Assembly (NCBI GenBank): GCA_030765505.1
Contig: JAVCCL010000026.1
Coordinates: 34,679 to 98,678 of the forward strand
Length of the DNA stretch: 64,000 nucleotides
Direction of reading: 5' to 3'
DNA from: Candidatus Kaelpia imicola
Lineage (GTDB): Bacteria > Omnitrophota > Gorgyraeia > Kaelpiales > Kaelpiaceae
The notes below the pieces were generated by a model. It had not been told where the DNA came from, searched no databases, and saw only the letters and a list, made by a program, of their open reading frames with translations. Each line of letters starts with the position of its first letter. The stretch's first letter is position 1. Positions 9,994-19,445 of the stretch are shown in pieces. The position numbers and the translations under genes are program-made.

Positions 9994-12900
9994 ATGGAGA
10001 CAGCTATTTTTCCTAATTATCTCATGGTTCAAACAGTTGCAGGCTGTAATGCTAGCTGTTATTTCTGCCCCTACCCCTATCTTAAAGGCAGGATAAAATC
10101 TCAAAAGATGGACTTTAAAATCTTCAGAAAAATAATCGATGAGTGTAAAGACTATAAGGATTTGAAAGTGGTGATGCCTTACCTAATGAACGAGCCCCTG
10201 CTTGATAGAGAGATAGATAAGAAGATAGTCTATATCAAAAAGAGGTTGCCCTGGAGCTCAGCTCATATCTTAACCAACGGCAGCCTTCTGGATGAAGATA
10301 TGAGTCTTAAGCTTATTGGGAGCGGTATAGATTGGGTTGGGTTTAGCCTGCACGGAATAACCGAAAATACTATCAAGAAGACTATGGGCTTGGATTTAGA
10401 GAGAGTCTTGGATAATATATCGAACTTTATAAAAATTGCCCAGAGAGATAGAAAAGATATAGCCGATTTTATAATGCTCACTCTCATAAAAAATGAGAGA
10501 TTATCAGAAAAGGAGCTTGAAGATGCAGTCAGTTTTTGGAAGAGAAAAGGCATTAAAAGAATAAGCAGATACTCTCACCCTATATCTAGAGCTGGCAATG
10601 TACCTCTGCTGAATAAAGTAAGAAATGAGAGACTGTATGGTTGTAACTCTATCTGGGCCGATAAGATGATCCATATTCTTTCAAATGGAGATGTAGTCCT
10701 CTGCTGCATGGATTGGAAGAGAGAGGCTCTGCTGGGTAATATTGAAAAAGATTCTCTCTATGATATCTGGCACTCAAAAAAATATAATAATTTAAGAAGT
10801 CAGATAGACGGGGAGACGGCGGCAGAGAAAGAACTGATATGCCTTAGGTGTGAATGCGCCCAGTCAGAACCCAGGAGAGAGAATAAGAAGATAACCTTGA
10901 TCATTCCTCCACCCTGGGGTGTTGAGAGGCCCCCTGTTGGTTTAGCTGTAATAGCCGAGGTATTAAGAGCATCTGGTTATAGGGTAAGAGTCATGGACTT
11001 AAATCTTAAGATTCATAACTCTGTAGATGAGGATGATAGAAAGTATTGGGGGATGGACTGCTCCCTTTACTTTAGAGATAAAAGATTCATCGACTCTCTA
11101 ATGGAGAAGTATGCTGATCTCTTCTCTGAAATAGAGGATGATTTTAAGAGCGACGATTCAGGTATAGCTGCATTCTCGGTACCTACAAATTCAATGTATC
11201 TAATGCTGAAGTGGATGATTGAGAAGATAAAATATAACCAATCTCGGAAGAAAATTATACTAGGGGGGATTTCGGTTACAGTAAAAGAGCAGAGAGACGA
11301 GCTTTTTGAGATTCTAGGCAATCTTAACTTGATAGATGCGGTAGTTCTTGGAGAAGGCGAAGATACCATTTTAAAGCTTGTTCATAAGTTATCCGGCAAC
11401 AGGTCTATAGTCGATGTCAAAAACACCGTTATAGTTCAAGACGGCAATTTTATAGAGACAGAACCCGGAAAGATAGAGAGCTTAGACAGAATCCCTTTTC
11501 CTAAATATGAAGGGTTTTTGCTTAAAGAGTATACAAAGAGTAACAGCATCTCTTTAGAGCTCTCCCGGGGCTGCATAGGCAGATGTAGTTTCTGCAGCTT
11601 TAAGATCTTAAGCTCTTCTTACAAAAGAAAATCTCCTAAAAGAGTAATAGCTGAGCTTAAGTATTATAAAAAAGAGTTAAAAAAAGAGTATTTCTCTATC
11701 GTGGACTCATCGATAAATGCTGATTTAAAATGGCTGGAAAGATTATCTGAACTGATAATAAAAGAGGATCTTAAGATAAAGCTTACAGCCCTTGCAATAC
11801 CGCGGGGAGATATGAACATGGGGCTGCTTAAAAAGATGAAGAGGGCAGGTTTCTATAGATTAGAGTATGGAGTAGAGAGCGGCTCCAGCAGAATACTTAA
11901 GCTTATGGGTAAGACGTTCTTGGCAGAAGACGCAAAAAGGGCTCTCTCTTTGACGAAGAGAGCAAATATAAAAAACGTACTCTACTTTATTGTCGGGTTT
12001 CCAACCGAGAGCAATGATGATTTTCAGAAGACACTTGATTTTATAGAATCGAATAAGACGAACATAGATTATGTTAAATCTGTAAATCCTCTCTTCCTGA
12101 TGGCCGGCTCAGAGATATTTGCAAACCCTGAAAAGTTTAATATCAGACTGCCTAACGAAAGTCCTGATATCAAATGGTTCATAGAAGGGGAGAATGATTT
12201 TGATCTTAGAATGGAGCGGGTTAAAAGAGTACATAGGCTTTTAAGAGAGTTAAACATCTCTTATACCACTGAAGCAACGGCTTTACCGGATGAAGAGAGT
12301 AAGGTCAAGAAGAAGGATATAGCTCTTGTTACAACAGCTCCCTGGGGCATCAATAATCCGCCTCTGGCGCTTGGATATCTGGCAGACTATCTTAGAAAAC
12401 ATAACTATGACCCCGCTGTATTTGATTTTAATATTGAATTTTACAACTCTATAGATAAAGAGTTGCAGCATCTCTGGCATGTTGAGAACAAGAACTTCTG
12501 GAGAGACAAAGAATGGTTTGATATTATCCTGAAGATCTTTGACAAAGATATAGATTTGGCCGTAAACAGAATAATAGAGAGCGGTGCTGAAGTCATAGGG
12601 TTCTCTGTGGTAGATCCTAAAGAACGGCTGACAATAGAATTTATAAAGAGAATAAAGGCAAAGGATAGCTCAAAAAAGATCATCTTGGGCGGCCCTGCTA
12701 CATTGACGGCACATTCAAGAAATATTTTTATAGATAACATCGCAGAGCATATAGATTTTTTTGTCGTTGGGGAAGGAGAGGAGACGCTCCTTGAGATAAT
12801 GAAAGACGGGAATTGCAAGGATATTTCTGGAGCAATAAGGATGGTTAATGATAAACCAACTGCATTAAAAGAGAGAGCGGTAATAAAAGATTTAAATAGT

Positions 12901-13929
12901 ATACCATACCCCGGCTATAGAGATTTTGATCTGAGTCTCTATCCGGGTGAGTCTCTTATTCTGGAGTGGTCCCGGGGCTGTATAGGAAGTTGTGCTTTCT
13001 GTATTAATCATGAGCTTATAAAAGGCTACCGTTCACGTTCTGCAGAGCATATCTTTGAAGAGTTAAGATATCACACGGATGTTAACGGTATAAGTAACTT
13101 TACTATCTGCGATCCGCTCTTAAATGGAAGCCCTCAAATTTTAGAGCGGCTTTGCGATAAGATCATAGAGAGTGGACTTAAAATAGAGTGGACAGGTGAG
13201 GTTATGCCTAGAAAGGATATGGAAATATCTACTCTTAAAAGGATGAGAGAGGCGGGGTGTGTTAAGCTTCAGGTTGGACTGGAGAGCGGTTCTGATAAAG
13301 TCTTAAAGAGGATGCGTAAGTTATACAACGTTAAGACAGCTGAAGATTTCTTGAGAAAAGCATCTCTTGCAGGTATGGAGACAGAACTTTTTGTCATGAT
13401 AGGTTTTCCATCTGAAGATGAGATTGAATTTCAGAAAACAGCAGATTTCTTTAGACGTAACAAAGAGTATATTAACACTATCAAATCGATAAATACTCTT
13501 CACCTTATAGCAGGTACGGATCTATATAAAAATTACTCTAAATTTAAAATAAAGCCTTTACCCGACGACAACTGGCACTATCTCTGGGAGACCGAAGACG
13601 GCAACAGTTATCCTTTAAGGAGAGAGAGGGGTGAGTCTCTTCTAAGGTTGGCAGAAGAGCTGGGTTTTAAAGTTATGGAGACAAACCTAGAGGAGGGTAA
13701 GCAGCAGAGAGAGAATAATGTCGATATCTCTAGGCTAGAGGTTCTTGTAAACAGAATTCAGTCTCTTCCTCGGGAGAGAAGAGATTTATCAGGTGAGGTT
13801 TTAATTCCAAGAAAGCGAATCTTAAAACTGCCTTACCTGGTTTTGATAGTTGTTCTAACTTTGGCAGCAGAGGTATATCTTTGGTTCTTGAGAAAAGCAA
13901 GGAGAATGATAATCTTTCCCGGAAGTTAA
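9994..13929 (+). CDS. Large (1311 aa) tri-radical-SAM protein: radical SAM/SPASM + 2x cobalamin-binding radical SAM + C-terminal membrane anchor
   Basis: CNASCYFC (~10045) with SPASM 'GDVVLCCMDW...CLRC'. SRGCIGRCSFC (~11572) and SRGCIGSCAFC (~12979) are each preceded by PPxGL/ILGG/GEGE B12-domain motifs and followed by G(V/L)ESGS. Hydrophobic C-terminus LPYLVLIVVLTLAAEVYLWFL. Confidence 0.92.
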   Translation: METAIFPNYLMVQTVAGCNASCYFCPYPYLKGRIKSQKMDFKIFRKIIDECKDYKDLKVVMPYLMNEPLLDREIDKKIVYIKKRLPWSSAHILTNGSLLDEDMSLKLIGSGIDWVGFSLHGITENTIKKTMGLDLERVLDNISNFIKIAQRDRKDIADFIMLTLIKNERLSEKELEDAVSFWKRKGIKRISRYSHPISRAGNVPLLNKVRNERLYGCNSIWADKMIHILSNGDVVLCCMDWKREALLGNIEKDSLYDIWHSKKYNNLRSQIDGETAAEKELICLRCECAQSEPRRENKKITLIIPPPWGVERPPVGLAVIAEVLRASGYRVRVMDLNLKIHNSVDEDDRKYWGMDCSLYFRDKRFIDSLMEKYADLFSEIEDDFKSDDSGIAAFSVPTNSMYLMLKWMIEKIKYNQSRKKIILGGISVTVKEQRDELFEILGNLNLIDAVVLGEGEDTILKLVHKLSGNRSIVDVKNTVIVQDGNFIETEPGKIESLDRIPFPKYEGFLLKEYTKSNSISLELSRGCIGRCSFCSFKILSSSYKRKSPKRVIAELKYYKKELKKEYFSIVDSSINADLKWLERLSELIIKEDLKIKLTALAIPRGDMNMGLLKKMKRAGFYRLEYGVESGSSRILKLMGKTFLAEDAKRALSLTKRANIKNVLYFIVGFPTESNDDFQKTLDFIESNKTNIDYVKSVNPLFLMAGSEIFANPEKFNIRLPNESPDIKWFIEGENDFDLRMERVKRVHRLLRELNISYTTEATALPDEESKVKKKDIALVTTAPWGINNPPLALGYLADYLRKHNYDPAVFDFNIEFYNSIDKELQHLWHVENKNFWRDKEWFDIILKIFDKDIDLAVNRIIESGAEVIGFSVVDPKERLTIEFIKRIKAKDSSKKIILGGPATLTAHSRNIFIDNIAEHIDFFVVGEGEETLLEIMKDGNCKDISGAIRMVNDKPTALKERAVIKDLNSIPYPGYRDFDLSLYPGESLILEWSRGCIGSCAFCINHELIKGYRSRSAEHIFEELRYHTDVNGISNFTICDPLLNGSPQILERLCDKIIESGLKIEWTGEVMPRKDMEISTLKRMREAGCVKLQVGLESGSDKVLKRMRKLYNVKTAEDFLRKASLAGMETELFVMIGFPSEDEIEFQKTADFFRRNKEYINTIKSINTLHLIAGTDLYKNYSKFKIKPLPDDNWHYLWETEDGNSYPLRRERGESLLRLAEELGFKVMETNLEEGKQQRENNVDISRLEVLVNRIQSLPRERRDLSGEVLIPRKRILKLPYLVLIVVLTLAAEVYLWFLRKARRMIIFPGS

Positions 13930-13932
13930 TAT

Positions 13933-15114
13933 ATGAAGATATTGATGCTGCATCCACATGACATCTTTCATTTAAGTGAGCCTTGGACGATAAGGATAAA
14001 ATCTATAGCTAAAGAGTTCAAGAGAGAAGGTCATGAAGTAAGAATAGCCTATTTCCCGCTTAACCATAAAAGTCTCAGGAATTCGCTCTTTAACTATAGC
14101 GGTATTGATATAATAACCTTGGACAGAAGAAGAGGTCTGGGGGTATTCTTTAAAAATATCAAAAGACTTATAAAAGAGGTTGAATGGGCAGATATCGTCC
14201 ATTTTCAAAAATGTTTTCACTACTGCTCTATTCCCGCTGTAATAGCAGCTTGGATAAAAAATAAACCTTTACATTATGATTGGGATGACTGGGAGACAAA
14301 AATATATTTTTACGGAAAACCGGCCTCTCCAGTTATAGGACTGTATATCTGGATGCTTGAAAGAGCGTTGCCGAAGTTTGTAGACTCTATCTCCCTCTCC
14401 AGCAGAAGGCTTGCCCAGCTCGCAACGGATAACTACGGTATATCCAAAAAGAGGATTACAGCTGCTCCTGTAGGTGCGGATTCAGATGAGTTCAAACCTG
14501 AGAATAGAGGAGAAGAGATAAGGAGAGAGTATCGCATCAATGGACCCATAGTCTTATACCTTGGTCAATTACACGGCGCCCAATATGCTGAACTGCTGAT
14601 TCATGCTGCAAAGATTGTTATCCAGTGGCATCCGACAACAATGTTCTTTATTGTCGGAGGGGGCTATAGGTTGGAAGAGCTCAAAAAGACGGCAAGAGAG
14701 TTCGGGCTCTCAGATAGGATCATATTTACCGGCTCTCTTCCTCATAGTCAGATGAGGAGATATACAGCAGCAGCCGATGTCTGTGTAGGCTGCTTCGCCA
14801 GAAATGATATTACAATGTGTAAGAGTCCTTTAAAACTTGCCGAATATCTCGCATCAGGCAAGGCTATAGTTGCAAGCAATGTGGGTGAGGTTAGAAATAT
14901 GGTCGGAGGAGTCGGTGTATTAGTAGAACCCGGCAATCATATTATCTTAGCAGGCGGAATAAGCGAACTTCTCTCTAGGCCGGATCTAAGAGCAAAGATG
15001 GGTGTCCTGGCAAGAAGAAGAGCGCTTGAAAGATATAACTGGAGCTGGAGCGCAGAGAACATTATGAGCATATACAGAAGAGTTCTTAAGGGTTATGAGC
15101 TTAAAAGATTATGA
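13933..15114 (+). CDS. Glycosyltransferase family 4 (GT-B)
   Basis: 'SPLKLAEYLASGKAIVASNVGEV', 'FFIVGGG', 'IIFTG'. Confidence 0.9.
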   Translation: MKILMLHPHDIFHLSEPWTIRIKSIAKEFKREGHEVRIAYFPLNHKSLRNSLFNYSGIDIITLDRRRGLGVFFKNIKRLIKEVEWADIVHFQKCFHYCSIPAVIAAWIKNKPLHYDWDDWETKIYFYGKPASPVIGLYIWMLERALPKFVDSISLSSRRLAQLATDNYGISKKRITAAPVGADSDEFKPENRGEEIRREYRINGPIVLYLGQLHGAQYAELLIHAAKIVIQWHPTTMFFIVGGGYRLEELKKTAREFGLSDRIIFTGSLPHSQMRRYTAAADVCVGCFARNDITMCKSPLKLAEYLASGKAIVASNVGEVRNMVGGVGVLVEPGNHIILAGGISELLSRPDLRAKMGVLARRRALERYNWSWSAENIMSIYRRVLKGYELKRL

Positions 15115-16192
15115 GCTGGTATTTATAACAAGAGAACCCCCTGAGCTTTCCGGAGCAAAGTACAGAGCTTATAATTTCACAAAGATATTAAAAGAGAGCG
15201 GGTATAGAGCCGAGGTTATATCCTACTCTGCAGACCTTGGAGCTTATTCGGGTATCTTAGAGCAGTATCTCTCAATAGCTGATAAGATAGGCTATAATTT
15301 AAAAGCCTATCTTAAGTTCAGGCAATACAAGAATCCTGTTTTTATAATTCAGCGCTTTAATTATCACTCTCTGGCTCCGCTATTGTTCTGTCTTAAAAAC
15401 AGGATAAAATTCGTATATGATATAGATGATTGGGAGTTTAGGGAGAATATCGATTATTTTAAAGGTCTATTTCCAAGATCAAAAGCAGAGTTTCTGTTCA
15501 GAAAGACAGCAAAGAGAGCGGCTCTCTGTATAAGCGGAAGCCATTATCTGCAAAACTATATAATTACCATTACACCAAAAAGCTATTACCTTGCTCCGGG
15601 AATAGATACTGAATTATTTAAACCTGAAATGGAGAAGGCTGCTTTAGCCAAAACTTTAGCCTGGGTGGGAACAATGTTCAGAGAGGAGGATTACATCAAT
15701 TTAAAGTATCTCTTCAAGATAATGAAAAATTTACCTCATCTTACACTTGAGGTAGTAGGAGACGGTCATTATAAGAATAAGATTGCAGCAGAGTCCAAGA
15801 GACTAGAGCTTAAAAATATCGTCTTTAGAGGCTGGATGGAGAGTTCCAGAATCCCTGAGTATCTCGAAAATATAAGCTTGGGATTATTTCCTCTTAAGGT
15901 GAAGAACAGATTTACAGAGGCTAAGTTTCCGGTAAAAGTACTGGAGTTTATGAGTAAAGGTATACCTACTGTTGCAACATCATTTGGTGAGGTTAAAAAT
16001 ATAATCAAAGATGGAGAGAACGGCTTACTTGCTGAAGATGAGAATGATTTTAAAGATAAGATAGAGATGGTATTAGAAGATAGCAGGTTATATTCCCGGA
16101 TCTCAAAATCGGCTAGGGAGAGTGTGATAGCAAACTATTCTGACCGCAGGCAGACTCAGAAGCTGATATCAATATTGGATAGAGAGCTATGA
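15095..16192 (+). CDS. Glycosyltransferase family 4 (GT-B)
   Basis: 'FPVKVLEFMSKGIPTVATSFGEV..IIKDGENGLL', 'VVGDG'. Confidence 0.9.
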   Translation: MSLKDYELVFITREPPELSGAKYRAYNFTKILKESGYRAEVISYSADLGAYSGILEQYLSIADKIGYNLKAYLKFRQYKNPVFIIQRFNYHSLAPLLFCLKNRIKFVYDIDDWEFRENIDYFKGLFPRSKAEFLFRKTAKRAALCISGSHYLQNYIITITPKSYYLAPGIDTELFKPEMEKAALAKTLAWVGTMFREEDYINLKYLFKIMKNLPHLTLEVVGDGHYKNKIAAESKRLELKNIVFRGWMESSRIPEYLENISLGLFPLKVKNRFTEAKFPVKVLEFMSKGIPTVATSFGEVKNIIKDGENGLLAEDENDFKDKIEMVLEDSRLYSRISKSARESVIANYSDRRQTQKLISILDREL

Positions 16193-17661
16193 ATAAAAAG
16201 GTAGTTCTTATGAACTCTGTAGGTAAGGATGATATCGGACGCTTTATCATACACTCTCCTTCCAGGTGGTCTGAGGGTGTGGAGAGACTATCATCCTGGT
16301 TCTGTTATTATCCATGGGAGCTTGCTTATGCAACTGCCTTACTTAAGAAGAAGACCTCCTATAAAATCAAGCTCATAGATCCCTGCCTCGGGAGGTGGGA
16401 TAAAGAAGAGACTCTGAGCAATATCTTAGAAGAAGAGCCGGACTGGTTGATAGTAGAGAGTGCTACGCGGACAATATCTGAGAATCTCTGGGTCGGAAAG
16501 AACATAAAGAGAATAACTCAGACTAAGATAGTATTCGTTGGCCAACATGCTACTGCTTTTCCTCAAGACCTTATCTCCAGAGGTGTAGATTATGCGGCTA
16601 TCGGAGAGTATGAAGAGACATTACTTGAGTTGTTGGTAACCGAAGATAGTTCTATAGCCGGACTCTATCCAAATCAACGCAGGCCGTTAGTAGATATAAC
16701 AAAATTACCCTGGCCGGAAGATAGAGATCTAAAGAGAATCGAATATGGCAGCCCTGGCGAACCAAGTTCAGAATATCTTGAGATTCAGGCCTATGCCAGC
16801 CGCGGCTGCTACAGAGACTGTCCTTTCTGTGTCGCAAGAAACGTATATTACAACCAATCTAAGCAGAGATTTCGTAAGGTAGCTGATATTATATCTGAAA
16901 TAGAGTATCTAAAAAACAGCTATCCCCGGCTTGAGGGTATTTTTTTTGATGAAGAGTCTCATAACTCAAGCAAAGATTTTATCAGGGAATTAACATCAGC
17001 AATTATAAGTTCAGGATTGAATAGTTTAAAATACGAAGCTATGTGCGACCTGAGATTCCTGGATAGAGAGAGCATGGATTGTATGAAAAGAGCAGGATAT
17101 TACAAGGTTCGTTTCGGAATAGAGACGGCTTCTGAAGAGTTGGCCTTATCAATAGCCAAGCCTATCTCAGTTGATAAAACTCTCTCCACTTTAAGTTATG
17201 CTAAAGAGATAGGGCTAAAGACCTATACTACTTTTATGTTTGGTTTACCTGGTTCAAACGTTAAAAGGGATGGTCAGACAATAGATTTCATCTCCCGTAT
17301 CATAAAACAGGATTTAGTAGATAACATACAGATATCTCTGGCTACACCTCAACCGGGTACCCCTTTCTATAATTGGGCAAAAGAGAGAGACTTTATTACA
17401 GATAACGATCCTCACTCTTTTGACGGAGGAGGACCAGCTATTTTAAACTATCCCGATTATGGAAAAGAAGAGATAGAAGAATTATTGAAAATGGCTGTTA
17501 TAAAAAGAGACCACCTCTTCTTTATGAATAATCTCAGAAAGCATCCCTTTGGTTTTATAGTTAAACGTTACAAGCGTTACGGTTTGAAGTTGTTGATAGA
17601 GAAACTGTTAAGGCGTATTAAAACAGAGCTGCTTTACTTAAAGCTCTCCAAGAGAAGGTAA
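16189..17661 (+). CDS. Cobalamin-binding (class B / HpnJ-like) radical SAM protein
   Basis: 'SPSRWS', 'VFVGQHAT', 'GEYE', SRGCYRDCPFC (~16807), 'FGIET', 'TPQPGT'. Confidence 0.88.
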   Translation: MNKKVVLMNSVGKDDIGRFIIHSPSRWSEGVERLSSWFCYYPWELAYATALLKKKTSYKIKLIDPCLGRWDKEETLSNILEEEPDWLIVESATRTISENLWVGKNIKRITQTKIVFVGQHATAFPQDLISRGVDYAAIGEYEETLLELLVTEDSSIAGLYPNQRRPLVDITKLPWPEDRDLKRIEYGSPGEPSSEYLEIQAYASRGCYRDCPFCVARNVYYNQSKQRFRKVADIISEIEYLKNSYPRLEGIFFDEESHNSSKDFIRELTSAIISSGLNSLKYEAMCDLRFLDRESMDCMKRAGYYKVRFGIETASEELALSIAKPISVDKTLSTLSYAKEIGLKTYTTFMFGLPGSNVKRDGQTIDFISRIIKQDLVDNIQISLATPQPGTPFYNWAKERDFITDNDPHSFDGGGPAILNYPDYGKEEIEELLKMAVIKRDHLFFMNNLRKHPFGFIVKRYKRYGLKLLIEKLLRRIKTELLYLKLSKRR

Positions 17662-17664
17662 TCT

Positions 17665-18600
17665 ATGGAAGAGACTATCTCAGTTGTAGTGGTAAATTAT
17701 AACAGGAGAGAGTATCTTTACAACTGTCTTAAATCAGTCTCAAACCAAAGCTATTGCAATATTGAGCTTATAGTTGTAGATAATGGCTCATCTGATGGTT
17801 CTATTGAGATGGTCGAAGGAGAATTTCCGGAAGTAAAGATAGTTAAAAATAGAGAGAATATATTTTTGGCAACCCCTTATAATCAGGGCATAAGATATTC
17901 TATAGCTTCTCTTATACTCTGTATGAATAATGACGTTATCTTGGAGAGGGATTATATCAAAGAGTCGGTTCCGGTTTTTAAAAAAGATAGACGTATAGGT
18001 TCTGTAGCCGGCAAGCTTATAAACCCAATCACAAAGCTTATAGACTCAACGGGTCAGATATTAACACGCGCCAGGCGCGGCTGTGAGAGAGGTTACAGAG
18101 AAGAAGATTCCGGTAACTATAGTGAAGGATATATCTGGGGAGTAGGAGGAGCGATTGCTTTTTACAGAAGAGAGATGTTAGAGGATATAGAGATAGAGAA
18201 TGAATATTTTGATCAAACCTACAAAGCCTATCTGGAAGATCTGGACCTAAATTGGCGAGGGAAGAAAAGAGGTTGGAAATCATATTTTAAACCCAGCGCT
18301 GTTGCTTTTCATTATCGGGGAGTAACGGGTTGGAGAGAGAGATCTCGTTTTGGGTTCTTAAACCTTAATAATGATCTAAAAGTACAGTATCTAAAGAATA
18401 GATACGCAACATTGATAAAGAATGAGACTCTGGGCGATTATATTAAGAACCTGCCTTACATCCTGCTCTACGATAGCTGCCTTCTGATTCTCTTGATTTC
18501 AATTAACCCCTTATGTATACTGTACCTCGTAAAAGATATCTCCTGGCTTAAGAGTGCTCTCAGGAGAAGGAGAACCATAAAAGAGAGATGGCTAAATTAA
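17665..18600 (+). CDS. Glycosyltransferase family 2
   Basis: 'SVVVVNYN', 'VVDNGSSDGS', 'MNND', 'YLEDLDLNWR'. Confidence 0.92.
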   Translation: MEETISVVVVNYNRREYLYNCLKSVSNQSYCNIELIVVDNGSSDGSIEMVEGEFPEVKIVKNRENIFLATPYNQGIRYSIASLILCMNNDVILERDYIKESVPVFKKDRRIGSVAGKLINPITKLIDSTGQILTRARRGCERGYREEDSGNYSEGYIWGVGGAIAFYRREMLEDIEIENEYFDQTYKAYLEDLDLNWRGKKRGWKSYFKPSAVAFHYRGVTGWRERSRFGFLNLNNDLKVQYLKNRYATLIKNETLGDYIKNLPYILLYDSCLLILLISINPLCILYLVKDISWLKSALRRRRTIKERWLN

Positions 18601-19445
18601 CTATACCCCTGATAAAAGATAAGAAAGAGCAAAGAGAGAAGATCACAATGCTTACAGCCTATGATTATCCAACCGCAAGGTTGACAGAGAGAGCGGAGAT
18701 TGACATGGTTTTAGTAGGAGACTCTCTCGGTAATGTGATATTGGGGTATGATTCAACCCTTCCTGTAACTATGGATGAGATGCTGCATCATACAAAAGCA
18801 GTTCGAAGAGGAGCAAAGAATACTTTCCTGATAGCAGATATGCCTTTTATGTCTTATCAGGTCTCAAATGAAGAAGCGCTGCGTAACGGAGGAAGGTTTA
18901 TTAAAGAATCAGGAGCTGATGCTGTAAAGCTGGAAGGTGCAGAGATAGCGAAAGATAGGATAGAGACACTTATTAAAGCCGGCATACCTGTCCTGGGCCA
19001 CCTGGGTTTGACTCCTCAAACAGCCGCTATTTTAGGAGCTTATAAGGTTCAAGGCAGAGAGCTCTCTTCGGCAAAGAAGATATATAAAGAGAGTCTGCTT
19101 TTGGATAAACTGGGCTGCTTTGCTATTGTCTTAGAATGTGTTCCTCAACAGCTGGCAAAGATAATAACAGGGGCTCTATCAATCCCTACCATAGGTATCG
19201 GTGCAGGTAAAGATTGCGATGGTCAGGTTCTGGTAACGTATGATATGCTGGGAATAGGAGAAGGAGAGAAGAGAAAATTCGTAAGAGAGTATCTTAATTT
19301 AGAAGATGAGATATTAGAGGCGCTAAAGAGTTTTAAATCGGATGTCTTAAAGAGTTCTTTTCCATCTCAAGAGAACTCATTCAATATAGACAAAAATATT
19401 CTGGAAAAACTCAAAAAAGATATAGAGGTAGAGAAGGGTGATTAA
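18588..19445 (+). CDS. panB: 3-methyl-2-oxobutanoate hydroxymethyltransferase
   Basis: 'MLTAYDY', 'LVGDSLG', 'ADMPFMSY', 'AVKLEG', 'GHLGLTPQ', 'IGIGAG..CDGQVLV'. Confidence 0.97.
   Translation: MAKLTIPLIKDKKEQREKITMLTAYDYPTARLTERAEIDMVLVGDSLGNVILGYDSTLPVTMDEMLHHTKAVRRGAKNTFLIADMPFMSYQVSNEEALRNGGRFIKESGADAVKLEGAEIAKDRIETLIKAGIPVLGHLGLTPQTAAILGAYKVQGRELSSAKKIYKESLLLDKLGCFAIVLECVPQQLAKIITGALSIPTIGIGAGKDCDGQVLVTYDMLGIGEGEKRKFVREYLNLEDEILEALKSFKSDVLKSSFPSQENSFNIDKNILEKLKKDIEVEKGD

Noticed and set aside
4240-13929. RiPP (peptide-modifying SPASM) cluster or hopanoid (HpnJ) pathway
   Set aside because: No precursor peptide, RRE/PqqD domain or peptidase transporter, and no squalene-hopene cyclase in the window. 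The GT/Wzm/Wzt/CBM context favours a glycan substrate, though a glycolipid cannot be excluded.
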